From: Eledone cirrhosa
Taxonomy: Eukaryota
NCBI GenBank assembly: GCA_964016885.1
Contig: CAXHJY010000511.1
Coordinates: forward strand, 1-64,000
DNA length: 64,000 nt
Reading direction: 5' to 3'
Under the pieces are notes generated by a model. The model searched no databases, was not told the DNA's origin, and saw only the letters and a program-made list of their open reading frames with translations. Positions 12,682-26,320 of the stretch are shown piece after piece (position 1 is the stretch's first letter; each line of letters begins with the position of its first letter). The position numbers were made by a program, and so were the translations under genes.

Positions 12682-12832
12682 CAGGCTTGTCAAACTGAGG
12701 GTCACATAAGTGTTGTCTGAGGGCCACACATTACAACTAATTTTTTTTTTTATTATTCTATATTACGAAGATAAAACATGTTTGCGCTGGACGCAGGTGT
12801 GCTTGTAAAGGGCCGCGTGTTTGACATGGCTG
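12682..12832. mobile_element. hAT-type MITE, unexpanded relative of 31036-31783
   Basis: Ends CAGGCTTGTCAAAC / GTTTGACATGGCTG; same internal blocks. Confidence 0.75.
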
Positions 12833-12989
12833 CTGAGTCACACAAGCGTGACCAGTCCATATAACAGAACCTCCAGTAGTATGATGGTAATGGATTAAGT
12901 AATTCTCTTTGTCCATAAGTAAGCTAGGTAATCGTATATTAGAGGCTTTGTTGAAATGGCTGCAGTCTTCTCTGTCACTACAGATGGTG

Positions 12990-13190
12990 CTGTTGCTACC
13001 ATTACTACTACTACTACTACTACTATTACTGCTGCTGCTGCTGCTACTACTACTACTGCTGCTACTATTGCTGCTACTACTGCTCTATTGCTGCTACTAC
13101 TATTGCTACTGCTACTGCTCTGTTGCTGCTACTACTATTGCTGCTGCTGCTGCTACTACTGCTTTGTTGCTGCTGCTGCTACTACTACTA
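12990..13190. repeat. (CTA/CTG)n trinucleotide repeat
   Basis: Seen directly. Confidence 0.9.
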
Positions 13191-13987
13191 GCCAAGATAC
13201 GTTGTACCCCACCCCCTCATATATATGGCTAAGTGATTAAGGAGCTTTACGACCAGTTGGTTTTATGTTCAGTCCCGCTGTACGACACATTGGACAAATG
13301 TCTTCTGCTATAGCCTCGGTTTCACATTTGTCTTGTCAATAGGATTTGACACACGGAAACTGCAGAAACCCGTCGAGTATATATATATATATGTATATGG
13401 AGTGGCACCCCCAGAGTGATCCTGTTTAGAGAATTCTTTCTGCTTTTGTTATTATATATATATATAAAATTGTTGGTGGAAACCACAAAATATTCGCGAT
13501 ATCGTAATTATCTTCCGCGATTTTTTATGGCTTTTTTTCGTGGCATTATATATATATTTTAACGCTTTTTTAACGCTAAATTAATAATTGTTTCTACTTT
13601 TGGCACAAGGCCAGCAATTATTCCATTGTATTACTGGTACTTTATTTTATCGACCCCGTAGGGATGAAAGGCAAAGTTATACCGTATTTGCCGGCCTATA
13701 TTGTACGTTATGTTTTGACGTTTATAGGCATTTTTATGGACCACGTCCAATATTCCAATATTCGCTGGTGCTCCAGGAACGTAACCTCTCTGCGAATACC
13801 GGGGTACAACTGTACGTCAATACTCATCTTTCTCCATTTCTTAGAGGGTTCTAAACCCTACTATCAGTCTAAAATTTCTTTAGTCAAAAATAAGGCGAAA
13901 GCTTCTATTTCTATTGTTTCTAAACTACTACCACTGCTACAGTCCCTGTTGAAGAAGATGTCAGATAAAATTACTATTAAGATGCAA

Positions 13988-14175
13988 GGCGCCTGGCTGA
14001 GTAGTTAGAAAATTCGGGTTCGCAATCGTGAGATTGTGAGTTCGATTCTCGGACCAGGTGATGCGTTACGTCCTTGAGCAAGACACTTTATTTCACGTTG
14101 CTCCTTCTACCTGGAGTTGCGACCGATAGATAGTATTAGCAATTGGAAAGACCGATTTGACGAAAGTCGATCGAC
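13988..14175 (+). mobile_element. SINE S2; its 3' end recurs inverted at 14418-14452
   Basis: tRNA-like head, CORE-like block; inverted ttggaaagaccgatttgacgaaagtcgatcgact. Confidence 0.7.
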
Positions 14176-14224
14176 TATATATATATACATTTATTATTAT
14201 TACTATATATATATATATATATAT

Positions 14225-14388
14225 AGTAATAATAATAAATGTGAAGACTAAAATCCAAAGAGGGCTCGATAAGGATAAATATATATAAAATATATAAGAA
14301 CCCTAGAGCAAATATAGAGTTTCAGAAGATCCTGTTAAGGGTGAAAGCAGCGATTCTTTGCTTAAACTTTAATCTGTTATTTTAATAA

Positions 14389-14395
<7 letters not shown>
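14225..14395. mobile_element. (TA)n-embedded element with tail inverted relative to body; relatives at 29960-30060, 47062-47150, 50585-50745
   Basis: The two blocks are contiguous at 50585-50745 (-) but opposed here; CAGAAGA...GAAA hammerhead-like remnant. Confidence 0.7.
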
Positions 14396-14419
<24 letters not shown>

Positions 14420-14451
14420 GTCGATCGACTTTCGTCAAATCGGTCTTTCCA

Positions 14452-14486
<35 letters not shown>

Positions 14487-15749
14487 AATGTATATATGTA
14501 GCGAGATCTGTCCACGCCTTGAACCTTGGGTGACACCTAAAGGTCAAATTGTCGGTCACCACCCTTTTGGTGTGAACAGGTTGATGCGTTGGCTATCCCC
14601 TAAAGGTGGGAGGCACACGTTCGCGCATTCCCTCTGTTATTGTTGCACATAGGAGCACGCAGTTATATTGAGAGACGCATCCAGTCGTTTAGAACGCTAT
14701 TATGTGTATGAGAGAGGGAGCGAGGGAGAGGGATTGTGTGTGAGAGAGAGGGAGAGAGTAAGAGGAAAGGAAAGAGTGATTGTGTGTGTGAGAGAGGGAG
14801 AGAGTAAGAGGAAAGGAAAGAGTGATTGTGTGTGTGAGAGAGGGAGAGAGTAAAAGGAAAGGAAAGAGTGATTGTGTGTGTGAGAGAGAGAGAGGGAGGG
14901 GGGGGGAGTGATTGTGAGTGTGTGTGTGAGAGAGAGAGGGGGGGGGGGAAAGAGTGATTGTATGTGTGTGTGTGAAAGAGAGAAAGAGAGAGACTAAGTA
15001 GTGTATGCATGTATGAGAAGGAGAGAAAGAAAGTGGTAGTAGTCTGTGTTAGGGAGTAATGTGTGCGTGTATGTGAAAGAAGGAAAGACCGACAAAGAAA
15101 AAGAAAGAGCTAAAGAACGAGAGACAGATAGATATAGAGATAGATAGAAAGCGAAAGGGAGAGATAGATAGATAGAAAGCGAAAGGGAGAGATAGATAGA
15201 TAGAAAGCGAGAGGGAGAGAGAGAGAGAGGAAGAAAGAGAGAAGGAACCCTTATCATAGTAGACAACATTGCAGGAAGTTTATCCAATGAATGAACTGAT
15301 ACAAACGTGTTTATCACATGGATATTGCTAGATATATCATACTACTACACCGGATGGACAATACCAGGGCTAAAGTTTACGGTAAGTTAATTACAACTAT
15401 TTTCAAATATGTCGAGCAACTGTTTAGATGATTTCCTTCGGACACTGACAGAATTTTCTCAACGCCCGCCGACCCCTAAAATAATAACAACAACAACAAA
15501 AAACAAAACAAAAAACAAAGGCGACGTTGTGCATATATAGACCTTGTAACCCGTGTTGGGATCATAATGGGCGGCAAAGTGACAGACATCCCAGGGGCGG
15601 CGGTGGAAGCATTTCTGAATTTCAAATTTGGTCAATTTAATTGTAATGATTAGTTTAGGTCTTTGCACTCTAAAATGGTCAGAAAACTTCGATTCGTGAT
15701 AAACATTACATGCAGCTGTTATTCGGTGGATTGTCAGTGTCAGTAGAGG

Positions 15750-16145
15750 GTCGGACGCCATGTCGTGCCTCATAGTTATGGCCCTTTACGTTTAGAGTTC
15801 AAATCCCGCCGAGGTTAACTTTGTCTTTCTTCCTTACTACGGGGTCGATGAAATAAAGTACCAGTAATACACTGGGGGTAATTGCTGGCCTTGTGCCAAA
15901 AGTAGAAACAATTATATATCAACAGGACGGTGGATTGGCAGAATCGGTAGAGGGTCGGACACCATACTCTGCAGCATAGAGTTACAGTCCTTTACATTCT
16001 GAGTTCAAATCCGGCTGAAGTTAACTTTGCCTTTCATCCTTACGAGGTCTATAAAATAAAGTACCAGTCACGTACTGGGGTTGGTTTAATGGACTTCCCT
16101 CTCCCCCAAAATTGCTGGCCTTGTGCCTATACTAGAAATCATTAT
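15750..16145 (+). mobile_element. Two tandem S1 SINEs
   Basis: gagttcaaatcc B box and cctttcatccttacggggtcgataaaataaagtaccag core in both. Confidence 0.9.
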
Positions 16146-16274
16146 CAAATATCAACCAAGATATAAAAAACAACAACAACAACACTGATCTGCAATAAAC
16201 ATAACATGTACATCAATTGTAGCCTATAATGCAAATAGATATGTGTTTTGGTAGTTTGGGGAGAAAAATATATA

Positions 16275-16439
16275 CCGTATTTCCCGGCGCTGAAGACGCT
16301 TCGTTCTTGAGGACGCACCCTAATCTTGACAACCAAAGTTTGAGAAGAAAAATAATAAACAACCTTCGGCCTCCATGGTAGATTTTTGAGACTTATTTTA
16401 GTAGAAAAAAAGCAGCGTCTTCGACGCCGGGAAATAGGG
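16275..16439. mobile_element. pogo/Tigger-like MITE; reversed copy at 30521-30852 carries an S1 SINE
   Basis: TIR CCGTATTTCCCGGCG, flanking TA. Confidence 0.8.
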
Positions 16440-17025
16440 TAATTATTGGAGGGGAGGGGGTGGAGGAAGTCATGGCCCCTCTGACCTCCCTTCTAGTTCT
16501 ACCACACCTGGTAACTCGTATTGGAGTCATATGGGCGGGCGCCAAAGTGACTGATATACCTGGAGCGGTGGGGAGAGCACATTTGGTCAATTTAGTTGTC
16601 GTGATTAGTTTAGCTTTTTTTTTGCATTCTGAAATGGTCAGAAAACTTCGATTCGCGATAAACATACATAAATGACAATAGGAAGAGGAACTGGCGGTTT
16701 AGATTGATTTAGGGATTGGTGATATACAGCGTTCTGGTTCAGTGGGACAGATATTATAAACAACAAGTCTATAAGCTAGTGCTTCCAATACCCAATATAT
16801 ATTCACTACACACACACATGCGTCTAATTAACTACCTTTTTAGAAACTCTCTTAATAATTATATCTAAGACTATTCAACAGAATTCGTAATATAGTCGGC
16901 TTGTCTCCCCACAGCCCTGGCGGACAGAATGGAGAAGGCGTTTCTCCGGAGGATGGCCAGGGAGATTGTAGCTCATATACAAGTAGATGTGTGTTTTGGT
17001 AGTTTTGGATGAAATTTTATATATA

Positions 17026-17244
17026 CAGGGTGGGCCAGAATTCATGACTCGCTTGTTAGTTATATTTCTTAACATGCTTATTGTTATTGTTATTGTATTG
17101 TTTTAATTTATTATTTTATTTACCGTATCTTGTTCATGATCTTATGCCTGTATAGCATATTATATTCCTTAACTTGTTTTATAACATTTTGTGTTGATAG
17201 ATAATATAAATAATCAAGTGAGCCATGAATTTTGGCCCATGCTG
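17026..17244. mobile_element. Tc1/mariner-type MITE
   Basis: TIRs CAGGGTGGGCCAGAATTCATGACTCGCTTG / CAAGTGAGCCATGAATTTTGGCCCATGCTG, TA flanks. Confidence 0.8.
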
Positions 17245-17249
17245 TATAT

Positions 17250-17468
17250 CCCTTTAGCATTCACGTTACTCTATATATACTATTATATTTTCTTTGTAAA
17301 GGCTTTACCTCACATAATTATCTCACCTAATATCGAATCTATGAGATTTTGAAAGTATTTATTTTGAGAACACTACCTTAACATCAGTATGAGTGACCAG
17401 TTACAGCCAGTTTCAATAGAAAAAGGTAGAGAATTCTGGCAGGTTTTGGCTGGTTTGATCATTAAAGA
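17250..17468. mobile_element. piggyBac-like MITE; relatives at 3332-3415, 42755-43468, 43600-43657
   Basis: CCCTTTA start; relatives end AAAGGG-TTAA. Confidence 0.65.
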
Positions 17469-17920
17469 TATATATATATATAGATTGGGAGTGTGTGTGT
17501 GTGGGGGGGGACCCCCCCCGGCTGCCCCAGTTCCACTGCCCATGCATATGACGGTGTTTCGTGGCCATTTTAAATTTAGCGGAGACCATCTTGCTCCAGG
17601 TTTGAACACAGCCGATTTCTTCTTCCAGTGTGATAGAGTAATAAAGGAAGAATCGATCCCTGTACTAGAACGGTGCTTGTTTTTTACCCACCTCGAAAGG
17701 ATGGAAGGTAAAGTTGACATGAATTGACATCAGTTGACATCCGTTGACATCCGTTGACATCCGTTGACATCAGTTGACATCAGTTGACATCAGTTGACAT
17801 CCGTTGACATCCGTTGACATCAGGGTTTTGAACTGAGAGCCGGCACGAATACCTCCAAGCATTTTCTATCCGGCGTTATAACGATTCTTCCAATTTGCCA
17901 CCTCACTCTCACTTCTCTCC

Positions 17921-18012
<92 letters not shown>

Positions 18013-18043
18013 TTGTCTCTCTCTCCCCCTTTGTATTTCTCTT

Positions 18044-18152
<109 letters not shown>

Positions 18153-18295
18153 CACACACACTCACACACACACATGTACGTACTCACTTTTTGAATGTTT
18201 TTACATTTTTTTAAATATGGTATTATGAGTCTAATCTGTGGTATGAAACTACCTTTTGTATGTTTTAATGTTGATACTTATAACAATATTTAAAC

Positions 18296-18379
18296 TCCTG
18301 AAGATATGTAGACCGGCAGACAAACACCCAATATATATTGACCTATGGCTCGTCGCTATACATTGAAACATATGTAGGA
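18296..18379 (+). ncRNA. Candidate type I hammerhead, long stem II insert, weak stem I
   Basis: CTGAAGA 18298-18304, ATGTA/TACAT, GAAA-CATATG-TA. Confidence 0.45.
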
Positions 18380-18589
18380 TAAAATTATGTTGTAAGTCTA
18401 ACTTGGTTATTCTCTCTCAATTTATTAAATTTTGAGCTCTGCAGTCTGTGCCACAACTGTCTATAGTGGAATCTACTGAGGTTAAAACCTCCCTCAGTCT
18501 TTTTCGGTTACTGCTGGTCCAAGGATAGTGATTAGCATAGAGCTTCTATAATCTTTACTAGGATATATATTGGTGAACCCCAATATAAC

Positions 18590-18763
<174 letters not shown>

Positions 18764-19073
18764 ATAAAAAGCAAGTAATCTAATCAGGAGAAGAGAAAAA
18801 TGATTAGTTATGCCGATTACTAGTCAGTAGAGAGAAGGCTAGTGTACTCAATACATATAAATTGCGAGACTAGCGAACCGTGCGAGTAGATGAAAAAAGA
18901 AGTAGTTTAACAATCGTATAATAAGCAGAGCAAAAAATCACATTTAAAATGGCGGAGAGGACAACAAAGATTTATGAATACATGTATATTTAATGGCTGG
19001 TTAGTTGTTTCAAATACTGCACAATAAAAATGTTTGATATCGAATATAAAAAAAATATTAGTACATTAAATAA

Positions 19074-19106
<33 letters not shown>

Positions 19107-19170
19107 TATATATATGCAAAAAACAAACAAATAAACCAAACGACACAGTACAATATATATATATATATAT

Positions 19171-19210
<40 letters not shown>

Positions 19211-19905
19211 ATCCCTTGACTTCTGTGGTCGTCGGCGGGGATCCTACTGCAGAAGCAGCACACACTCAAAACAGTCTATCAGCGGCGGCCATCAGCAAAT
19301 CTGGGGAAGCCATTTGTCAAAGAATGTCAAAGAATGGATGCAAATGGCTACCCCAGATTTGCATCCATTCTTTGACATTGTCCAACCAGATTTTGCATTG
19401 GTATCTCCTCTTGCGTCCACCTTCAACGGTACCTTTCATGAGGGTCTTGCACAGGCTATCATATCAGACTACGCCAGTCTCCTCCACTTGACAGTGGTGA
19501 GGAGAAGTTCCTGGTGACCCACAAAACTTTTAACCTTATTCCTCACGTATTCATTGGTTTTACGTTCCCAATAGGAAATACGAAGGAGTTTTCTCATGCA
19601 TTTGTCCTCAAACGCCTGTATCCTTGTCTCTGTTTCTGTCAAAAGTGTCCAAGTCTCACACCCATATAAGAGGACGGAGACTGCCAGCGATTTGTACAAT
19701 CTGTATTTGGTCTGAAAATTGATATTGCTCCTCCATATTTTTGTCAATTTGGCCATCACTGCCATAGCTGTGGCAATCCGTGTGCCGATTTCTGTGTTGC
19801 AGGTACCATCTTTTGACAAGACTGCTCCCAAGTATTTGAAACTGGACACTTCCTCCAATGAAAGTCCGTTCATGGTGATGTTGACACAGGTGCTGCTTGC
19901 GTTAT
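19171..19905 (-). mobile_element. RTE (BovB-like) LINE 3' portion with (GAT)n tail
   Basis: FKYLG, LLYGCETW, IQAFE...RKLLRISY motifs in ORF 19469-19873. Confidence 0.92.
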
Positions 19906-20089
19906 ATAGTAGTTAACGTTTCGTCCTTTCTGGATTCTCTTTTGGAGTCTCGGATTACACAACCTCTGAGCATCCATCCCACGCCTCACGGGACATGTCA
20001 CAGTGAGAACGAAATATAGAGGAAGAATCGACCCAGTACTGGACTGATAGTTTTTTTTTTATCGACTTCGAATGGATGAAAGTCGATTA

Positions 20090-20250
20090 AATTGGCCCCA
20101 GTGCGTGACTGGTATTTTATTTTATCGACCCCGTAAGGATGAAAGGCAAAGTTAACGTCGGCGGGATTTGAACTTAGACCGTAAATGGGCGCAACTCTGT
20201 GCTACAAAGCATGGCGTCAGACGCTCTAACGATACTGCCAATCCACCGCC
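20090..20250 (-). mobile_element. S1 SINE
   Basis: Matches S1 consensus. Confidence 0.85.
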
Positions 20251-20449
20251 CTTGAAGTAATAATAACAATGGCTTCTGATTTAGGGAGAAGGCCAACGAT
20301 AATAAAGGGCCGTAACTCTGTGCTACAAAAGCATGGCGTCCGACCCTCTACCGGTACTGCCAATCCAAATGAAATACAATGTTATTGAGTTAAACTAATC
20401 GAATCGTAGCGTCAAGATGGCGTCGGCAGATACTGGGAAAATATATTAA

Positions 20450-20940
20450 AACAACAACTACAACAACAGCAACAACAACAACAATAGCAACTACAACAGC
20501 AACAACAATAGCAACTACAACAGCATCTACAACAACAACAACAACAACAATAGCAACTACAACAATAGCAACTACAGCAGCAACAACAATAACATCTACA
20601 ACAACTACAACAACAATAGCAACTACAACAACAACAACAATAGCAACTACAACAGCAACAACAACAATAGCAACTACAACAATAGCAACTACAACAATAG
20701 CAACTACAACAGCATCTACAACAACAACAACAATAGCAACTACAACAGCATCAACAACAACAACAACAACAATAGGAACTACAACAACAGCATCTACAAC
20801 TACAACAACAACAACTACAACAATAGCAACTACAACAACAACAACAACAACATGAACTACAACAACAGCATCTACAACAACAACAACTACAACTACAACA
20901 ACAGCATCTACAACAACAACAACTACAACTACAACAACTA
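20450..20940. repeat. Degenerate (CAA)n repeat
   Basis: Seen directly. Confidence 0.9.
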
Positions 20941-21039
20941 AATGGACTGAGAGGAATGTATATTTTTGTTTAGTCTCAGTACACTTGTTTATATCACCAT
21001 AAGATATTATCTGTTCACTAGTAAAGCCGTGCCGTCAAC

Positions 21040-21465
21040 AATTGTTTCTACTTTTGGCACAAGGCCAGCCATAACCCCCAGTGCATTACTGGTACTTTAT
21101 TTTGTCGACCCCCGTAAGGATGAAAGGCAAAATTAACATCGGCGGGATTTGAACTCAGATCGTAAAGGGCCGTAACTCTTTGCTGCAAAGCCTGGCGTCC
21201 GACCTTCTACCGATACTGCCAATCCACCGCCATTAAGCCGTGTCGTTAATAATGGTTTCTTATATAGGCACAAGGCCAGCAATTTTGAGGGAGGGGGGAA
21301 AGTCGATTAAATCGACCCCCAGTGCGTGACTGGTACTTTATTTTATCGACCCCCGTAAGGATGAAAGGCAAAGTTAACCCCGGCGGGATTTGAACTCGGA
21401 TCATAAAGGGCCGTAACTCTATGCTGAAAAGCATGGCGTCCGACCCTCTACCGATACTGCCAATG
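21040..21465 (-). mobile_element. Two tandem S1 SINEs
   Basis: Match S1 consensus. Confidence 0.9.
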
Positions 21466-21616
21466 CAGGCGTCCAAAGGCATTGAATGTATTTAATTTTC
21501 GAATCTAGGATTGGTATGTCACATATACCAAGATTACTGGATATATAAACAATCGGACTCACTGGCTAATTTGTATTTTCAAAAATTTTGTTTATTTAAT
21601 AATCATATTCAACAGA

Positions 21617-21701
21617 GGTCCGACGAGCTTTCGATTCCAGAGTCGGGCCAGATCGATACAGATCGAACCTTGAGTTGATCAACAGCGAAACGTGCATCAC
21701 C
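21617..21701 (+). ncRNA. Candidate hammerhead with CCGACGA core and branched stem II
   Basis: GGT-CCGACGA-GCT...AGC-GAAA-CGTGCA-TC-ACC. Confidence 0.5.
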
Positions 21702-21750
21702 AACCAATAAACGTAATAAAGGCTTAACCATTCGTCCTTGTACCTTGTAT

Positions 21751-21796
<46 letters not shown>

Positions 21797-21883
21797 TGTA
21801 TGTGTGTGTGTGTGTATATATATATGTATATATATATACAGTATGTATATATATATATGTATATATATGTATATATAAGTATG

Positions 21884-21971
<88 letters not shown>

Positions 21972-22087
21972 TACACACACACACACACACACACATATAT
22001 CACACATCAATCTAAAACTACTTCTCATATGTTTATTTATAACTCAACTATCCACAAGTGTTTTTTAACCTTCATATCATGTCCTCC

Positions 22088-22158
22088 TGTTTTATCTGAT
22101 GAAAACACAAATGTTATTGCATGATGATATTTGTTTTTGAAATGCGCATAATAAAATA
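22088..22158 (+). ncRNA. Minimal type I hammerhead, family H1 (element ~22001-22190)
   Basis: TGTTTTAT-CTGATGA-long stem II-GAAA-TGCGCA-TA-ATAAAATA; palindromic stem III. Confidence 0.85.
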
Positions 22159-22195
22159 CATGGAACTCTTTTAACCATCTTTTGTTCTTATATAT

Positions 22196-22227
<32 letters not shown>

Positions 22228-22623
22228 TATACATAATCAACATTTGAATTCGAAAAAGAAACTGAAGTCATTTTATTTCCGTCGTTTTATCAACTCCTGC
22301 TCGAGACTTCCAGTCTACAGTTTTGCTCTCCACTTATTATTTCAGATAAACATATTAGGTTTTTTCTGGTTGTTTTATGGGAGTTTTTTTTCATCTCTGT
22401 TCATGTGACCAAGTAATTTCGTCTAAAGCTATCAATTTTCAAGAAGAGGGAAAATTAAATACACTACCGCTTTACGTCATTTATTAATCGACATTATCAA
22501 TAAATGTAAATGCCTAGAATGATGTGTGCCAGATACCATAAGAAAATATTACTTTTTTTCCTTCTTCTTATTCGTATATGTTGGCTGTTGTTGTTTAGTG
22601 TTAGTATAGACATACATACGTAC

Positions 22624-22670
<47 letters not shown>

Positions 22671-22820
22671 TACATGCGTACGTATATACATACATACATA
22701 AATTCAGACATATGTACGTACGTATATGATGGCTGCCCCCTCGTTATCGAGTATGGCCATTGCACGAGGAGAAAAAAAAAATTAATAAATAAATAAAAAA
22801 TAAAATAAAATAAAAAAAAG

Positions 22821-22885
<65 letters not shown>

Positions 22886-23004
22886 CATATACATATATAC
22901 ACACATATATATATACATACACACATATACATTAATAACAATAATAATAATAACGACAACAAACATACCTATACACACACACACACACACACACACGATA
23001 GCAA

Positions 23005-23330
23005 CTAACAGCGCTGCGATCGAATGTGGCTTTTTAGCCCAGCCAATGATCTAAAATGTCTTGCACAGAGTCGGCAACCAAAACATTCACTGGGAATAGC
23101 CGGTTGTGGTTGGAGTTCGTGTTCTTTTGCATGTCGTTTGAGCCCTCCTGCTGATTTACATTCTCTACCACATGTTTGGCAAGCATGATGAGTAGCATCT
23201 CCAACAGCAGCCTGGTAGTCAACCACTGGTCTTACTTTATGACTGCGAAGATGACTTTCGAGTCCAGCTTTGCTTAGGCAGAGTCTCGCACAGACGCTGC
23301 ATGTCAGCACCATAGGAGGACCCTCGCCGT
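23005..23330 (-). mobile_element. RTE LINE 3' end with three C2H2 fingers; partial + copy at 24815-24962
   Basis: CSVC..LESHLRSH, CQTC..LKRHAKEH, CRLC..LKSHIRS; embedded in (TACA)n. Confidence 0.75.
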
Positions 23331-24138
23331 ATATGTATGTATATACGTACGTATATACATAGATGCGTACATACATATAAACACAAATACATTCAGACAT
23401 ACGTACGTACGTACATACATACATACACACATACATAAATCCAGACATACATACACACAGACATACTTACGTACATAAATTCAGACATACGTACTACGTA
23501 CCACATACATACACCATATATAAATTCAGACATACGTACATACATACATACACACATACATACATTCAGACATACGTACATATATACATAGATAGATGCG
23601 TACATATAAACGTAGATACATACACACATTCAGACACAGGTATGTACGTACGTACATGGTGGCTGTCAACTCGTTTTCGAGTACGGCCACTACTTTATAT
23701 CCATGTAGGAGAACCCTTACCGATGCGCTGAATGAGTGTGACTTTTTAGTCCAGCCAGCGACTTGAAAACTCTGGTACAAACATTACACTTGTGACAATT
23801 ACCAGAGTTTTCAAGTCACTGGCTGGACTAAAAAGTCACACTCGTTGAACCATGCAGTGGAAAATCCCAGAAGAGCCTACAGTTGTCATGTATGTGCCAG
23901 AGGGTGCAAGTCTTTGGCAGGTTTAAAGAGTCACATTCCTCCCTCACATTTTTGAGCATTTTATCGGGCGATAGCAATACTCGATCACGAGTTTGCAGCC
24001 ATCATGTATGTATGTATGTATGTATGTATGTATGTATGTATGTATGTATGTATGTATGTATGTATGTATGTATGTATGTATGTATGTATGTACGTACGTA
24101 TGTATGTACGTATGTATGTATGTATGTACGTATGTATG

Positions 24139-24620
24139 TTCTTCTGGTTTTATAATTTCACAAAGTTTTACCAATAGAGAGAGAGTCAGTTTCTAACATA
24201 GACACAAGACTCTCTCATTGGAATTCACACAACATCAACTAGGTAGATTATGTATGCATGTCTGCATATGCAGGTATGGATGTTATTGTATGTGTGGATG
24301 TTTGCGTTTTGAGTTGTATATATGCATGTGCATATGCTTTGTATCTGTACAAGTGTATATGCAGTTATTAGATGCAGAATTTTTGGAATCTTTTACATAT
24401 TTTTACTGTTCCATTAATAGATTGTACTTGTAGTTTCTTAACTAGTTGTGTTCTTTCTGTTCCTGTGAAGCCCAGCTTCTCAAGATTTGTATTGAGGCAG
24501 TTACTAACATACCCCAGTGCCCCAACAATCATAGGCATAAATCTGAAGGTATAGTCAGGGTGGAGTATCTGTAGATTTTTCATTAGTTCTGCATAGATAT
24601 TGTTCTTTTCGCTAATCTTT
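24139..24620 (-). mobile_element. R4-like non-LTR element 3' end (REL domain C-terminus) with (CATA)n tail
   Basis: PMIVGALG...GTVKICKRF motif; same 3'UTR at 47490-47770 and 63545-63810. Confidence 0.8.
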
Positions 24621-24973
24621 AATGTATGTATGTATATATGTATATATGTGTATATATGTATATATGTATGTATGTATGTATCTATCTATGTATGTATCTA
24701 TCTATGCATGTATGTATACGTATGTATGTATGCATGCATGTATGTATACTTGTATGAAAGTATACATGTATGTATGTATATATGTATGCATGTCTGTATG
24801 CTTGTATGTAAATTAGCAGGAGGGCTCAAACGACATGCAAAAGTACATGAACTCCAACCACAGCCGGCTATTGCCACTGAATGTTTTGGATGCCGACTCT
24901 GTGCAAGACATTTTAGATCATTGGCTGGGCTAAAAAGCCACATTCGATCGCAGCACTGTTAATTGTTATCGTA

Positions 24974-25055
<82 letters not shown>

Positions 25056-25056
25056 G

Positions 25057-25096
<40 letters not shown>

Positions 25097-25209
25097 ATTA
25101 TTATTATTGTTTTTTTTACACGCAGAAATGCCCATTTGTACCGTCCTGTATTGTCCTGCACTGTCCTTAATGTCTACTTTATGTAAACCCTTGTGGTTAA
25201 TAAAGAAAA

Positions 25210-25248
<39 letters not shown>

Positions 25249-25249
25249 A

Positions 25250-25530
25250 GCTGCATTTATCTTGCTTTATGTTCATACGAGTTTTCACCAAGTCACAACC
25301 AGTGACCTCAAGAGACAACAAGGTCCGCCATGTTCAAGAAAGAACATACATACTCACACATGCATCCTTAGTGTTTAGACTTGTGATGTACTTATATTGA
25401 CAGAATCTTCCTTAGTATATGGGCAGTTCCCATTAGTACTATCTTTTGTATTTCTCCTATACGCGGGTTTCCTGGGATTTGCGATAAGTAATCATTAGAC
25501 CCCTTAGGTATCATTCCCAGAGCGCCTACA
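25250..25530 (-). mobile_element. R4-like element 3' end inserted in (AAT)n
   Basis: IVGALGMIPK...IQKIVLMGTAHILRKILS on minus strand. Confidence 0.8.
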
Positions 25531-25745
25531 ATTATTATTATTATTATTATTATTATTATTGTTGTTGTTATTATTATTGTCGTTATTATGTTTTTTTCCG
25601 TGCAATGGCCATACTCGATAACGAGGGGGTAGCCATCATGTATGTATGTATCTATCTATCTAACTAGCTATCTACCTATGTATGTATGTATGTATGTATG
25701 TATGTATGTATGTATGTATGTATGTATGTATGTATGTATGTGTAT

Positions 25746-26320
25746 ATGTTGGTGCTACTGGTAACATGTATCCCAGTACAACCTGTCTCATGGTCGGGTC
25801 GTTGGCGACTAAACTGGTAAGGTTGACTTTGGACATCCTGCAGGACTAAAAACAAAACCTGTCAAAGGGCAAGGGAGCTCTTAAGACTCAATAGCCATCC
25901 AAAATCACCGGGAGAGATGACCCCTTAGCCTTTGTCAAGGCAGAATTCTAGGAGAAGGAAAACTCTGATATAACACCTGCAACCCTGATGGTATCCAATG
26001 ATGTTGACTTGTTCTTCTTTTTGGTAAATATCATCTTGGTTAAGAGAGTGGGACTGGCTTTGTGCAGTGCCTTTGCTCACTATAAAAGCTTCACAGCACA
26101 GGCATTGATTTATATCTGGAGATCTCTCTGCACTTGTCATCACATGGTACCATGGGCCCAGCACTATGTGTCAATAATGGTCACAAGTGTAGTCTTTGTA
26201 CCAGAGTTTTCAAGTCGCTGGCTGGACTAAAAAGTCACACTCGTTCAGCGCATCGGTAGGAGTTCTCCTACATGGATATAAAGTAGTGGCCGTACTCGAA
26301 AACGAGTTGGCAGCCACCAT
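25746..26320 (+). mobile_element. Non-autonomous bipartite RTE element (family RN) with (ATGT)n tail
   Basis: Near-identical to 58236-58838; RTE-type 5'UTR block fused to a terminal zinc finger. Confidence 0.85.

Noticed and set aside
20410-20449. YY1-like AAGATGGCG as a promoter or first exon
   Set aside because: The ORF stops after 10 codons and there is no donor site or downstream gene evidence.
23005-23448. Host C2H2 zinc-finger gene
   Set aside because: No TGEKP linkers or splice context; the SLAGLKSH finger type recurs at RTE 3' ends next to (ATGT)n tails.
25988-26230. Repeated 80-aa ORF (MVSNDVDL...) as a small gene family
   Set aside because: It is an incidental frame within copies of the RN element; the zinc-finger remnant is in another frame.
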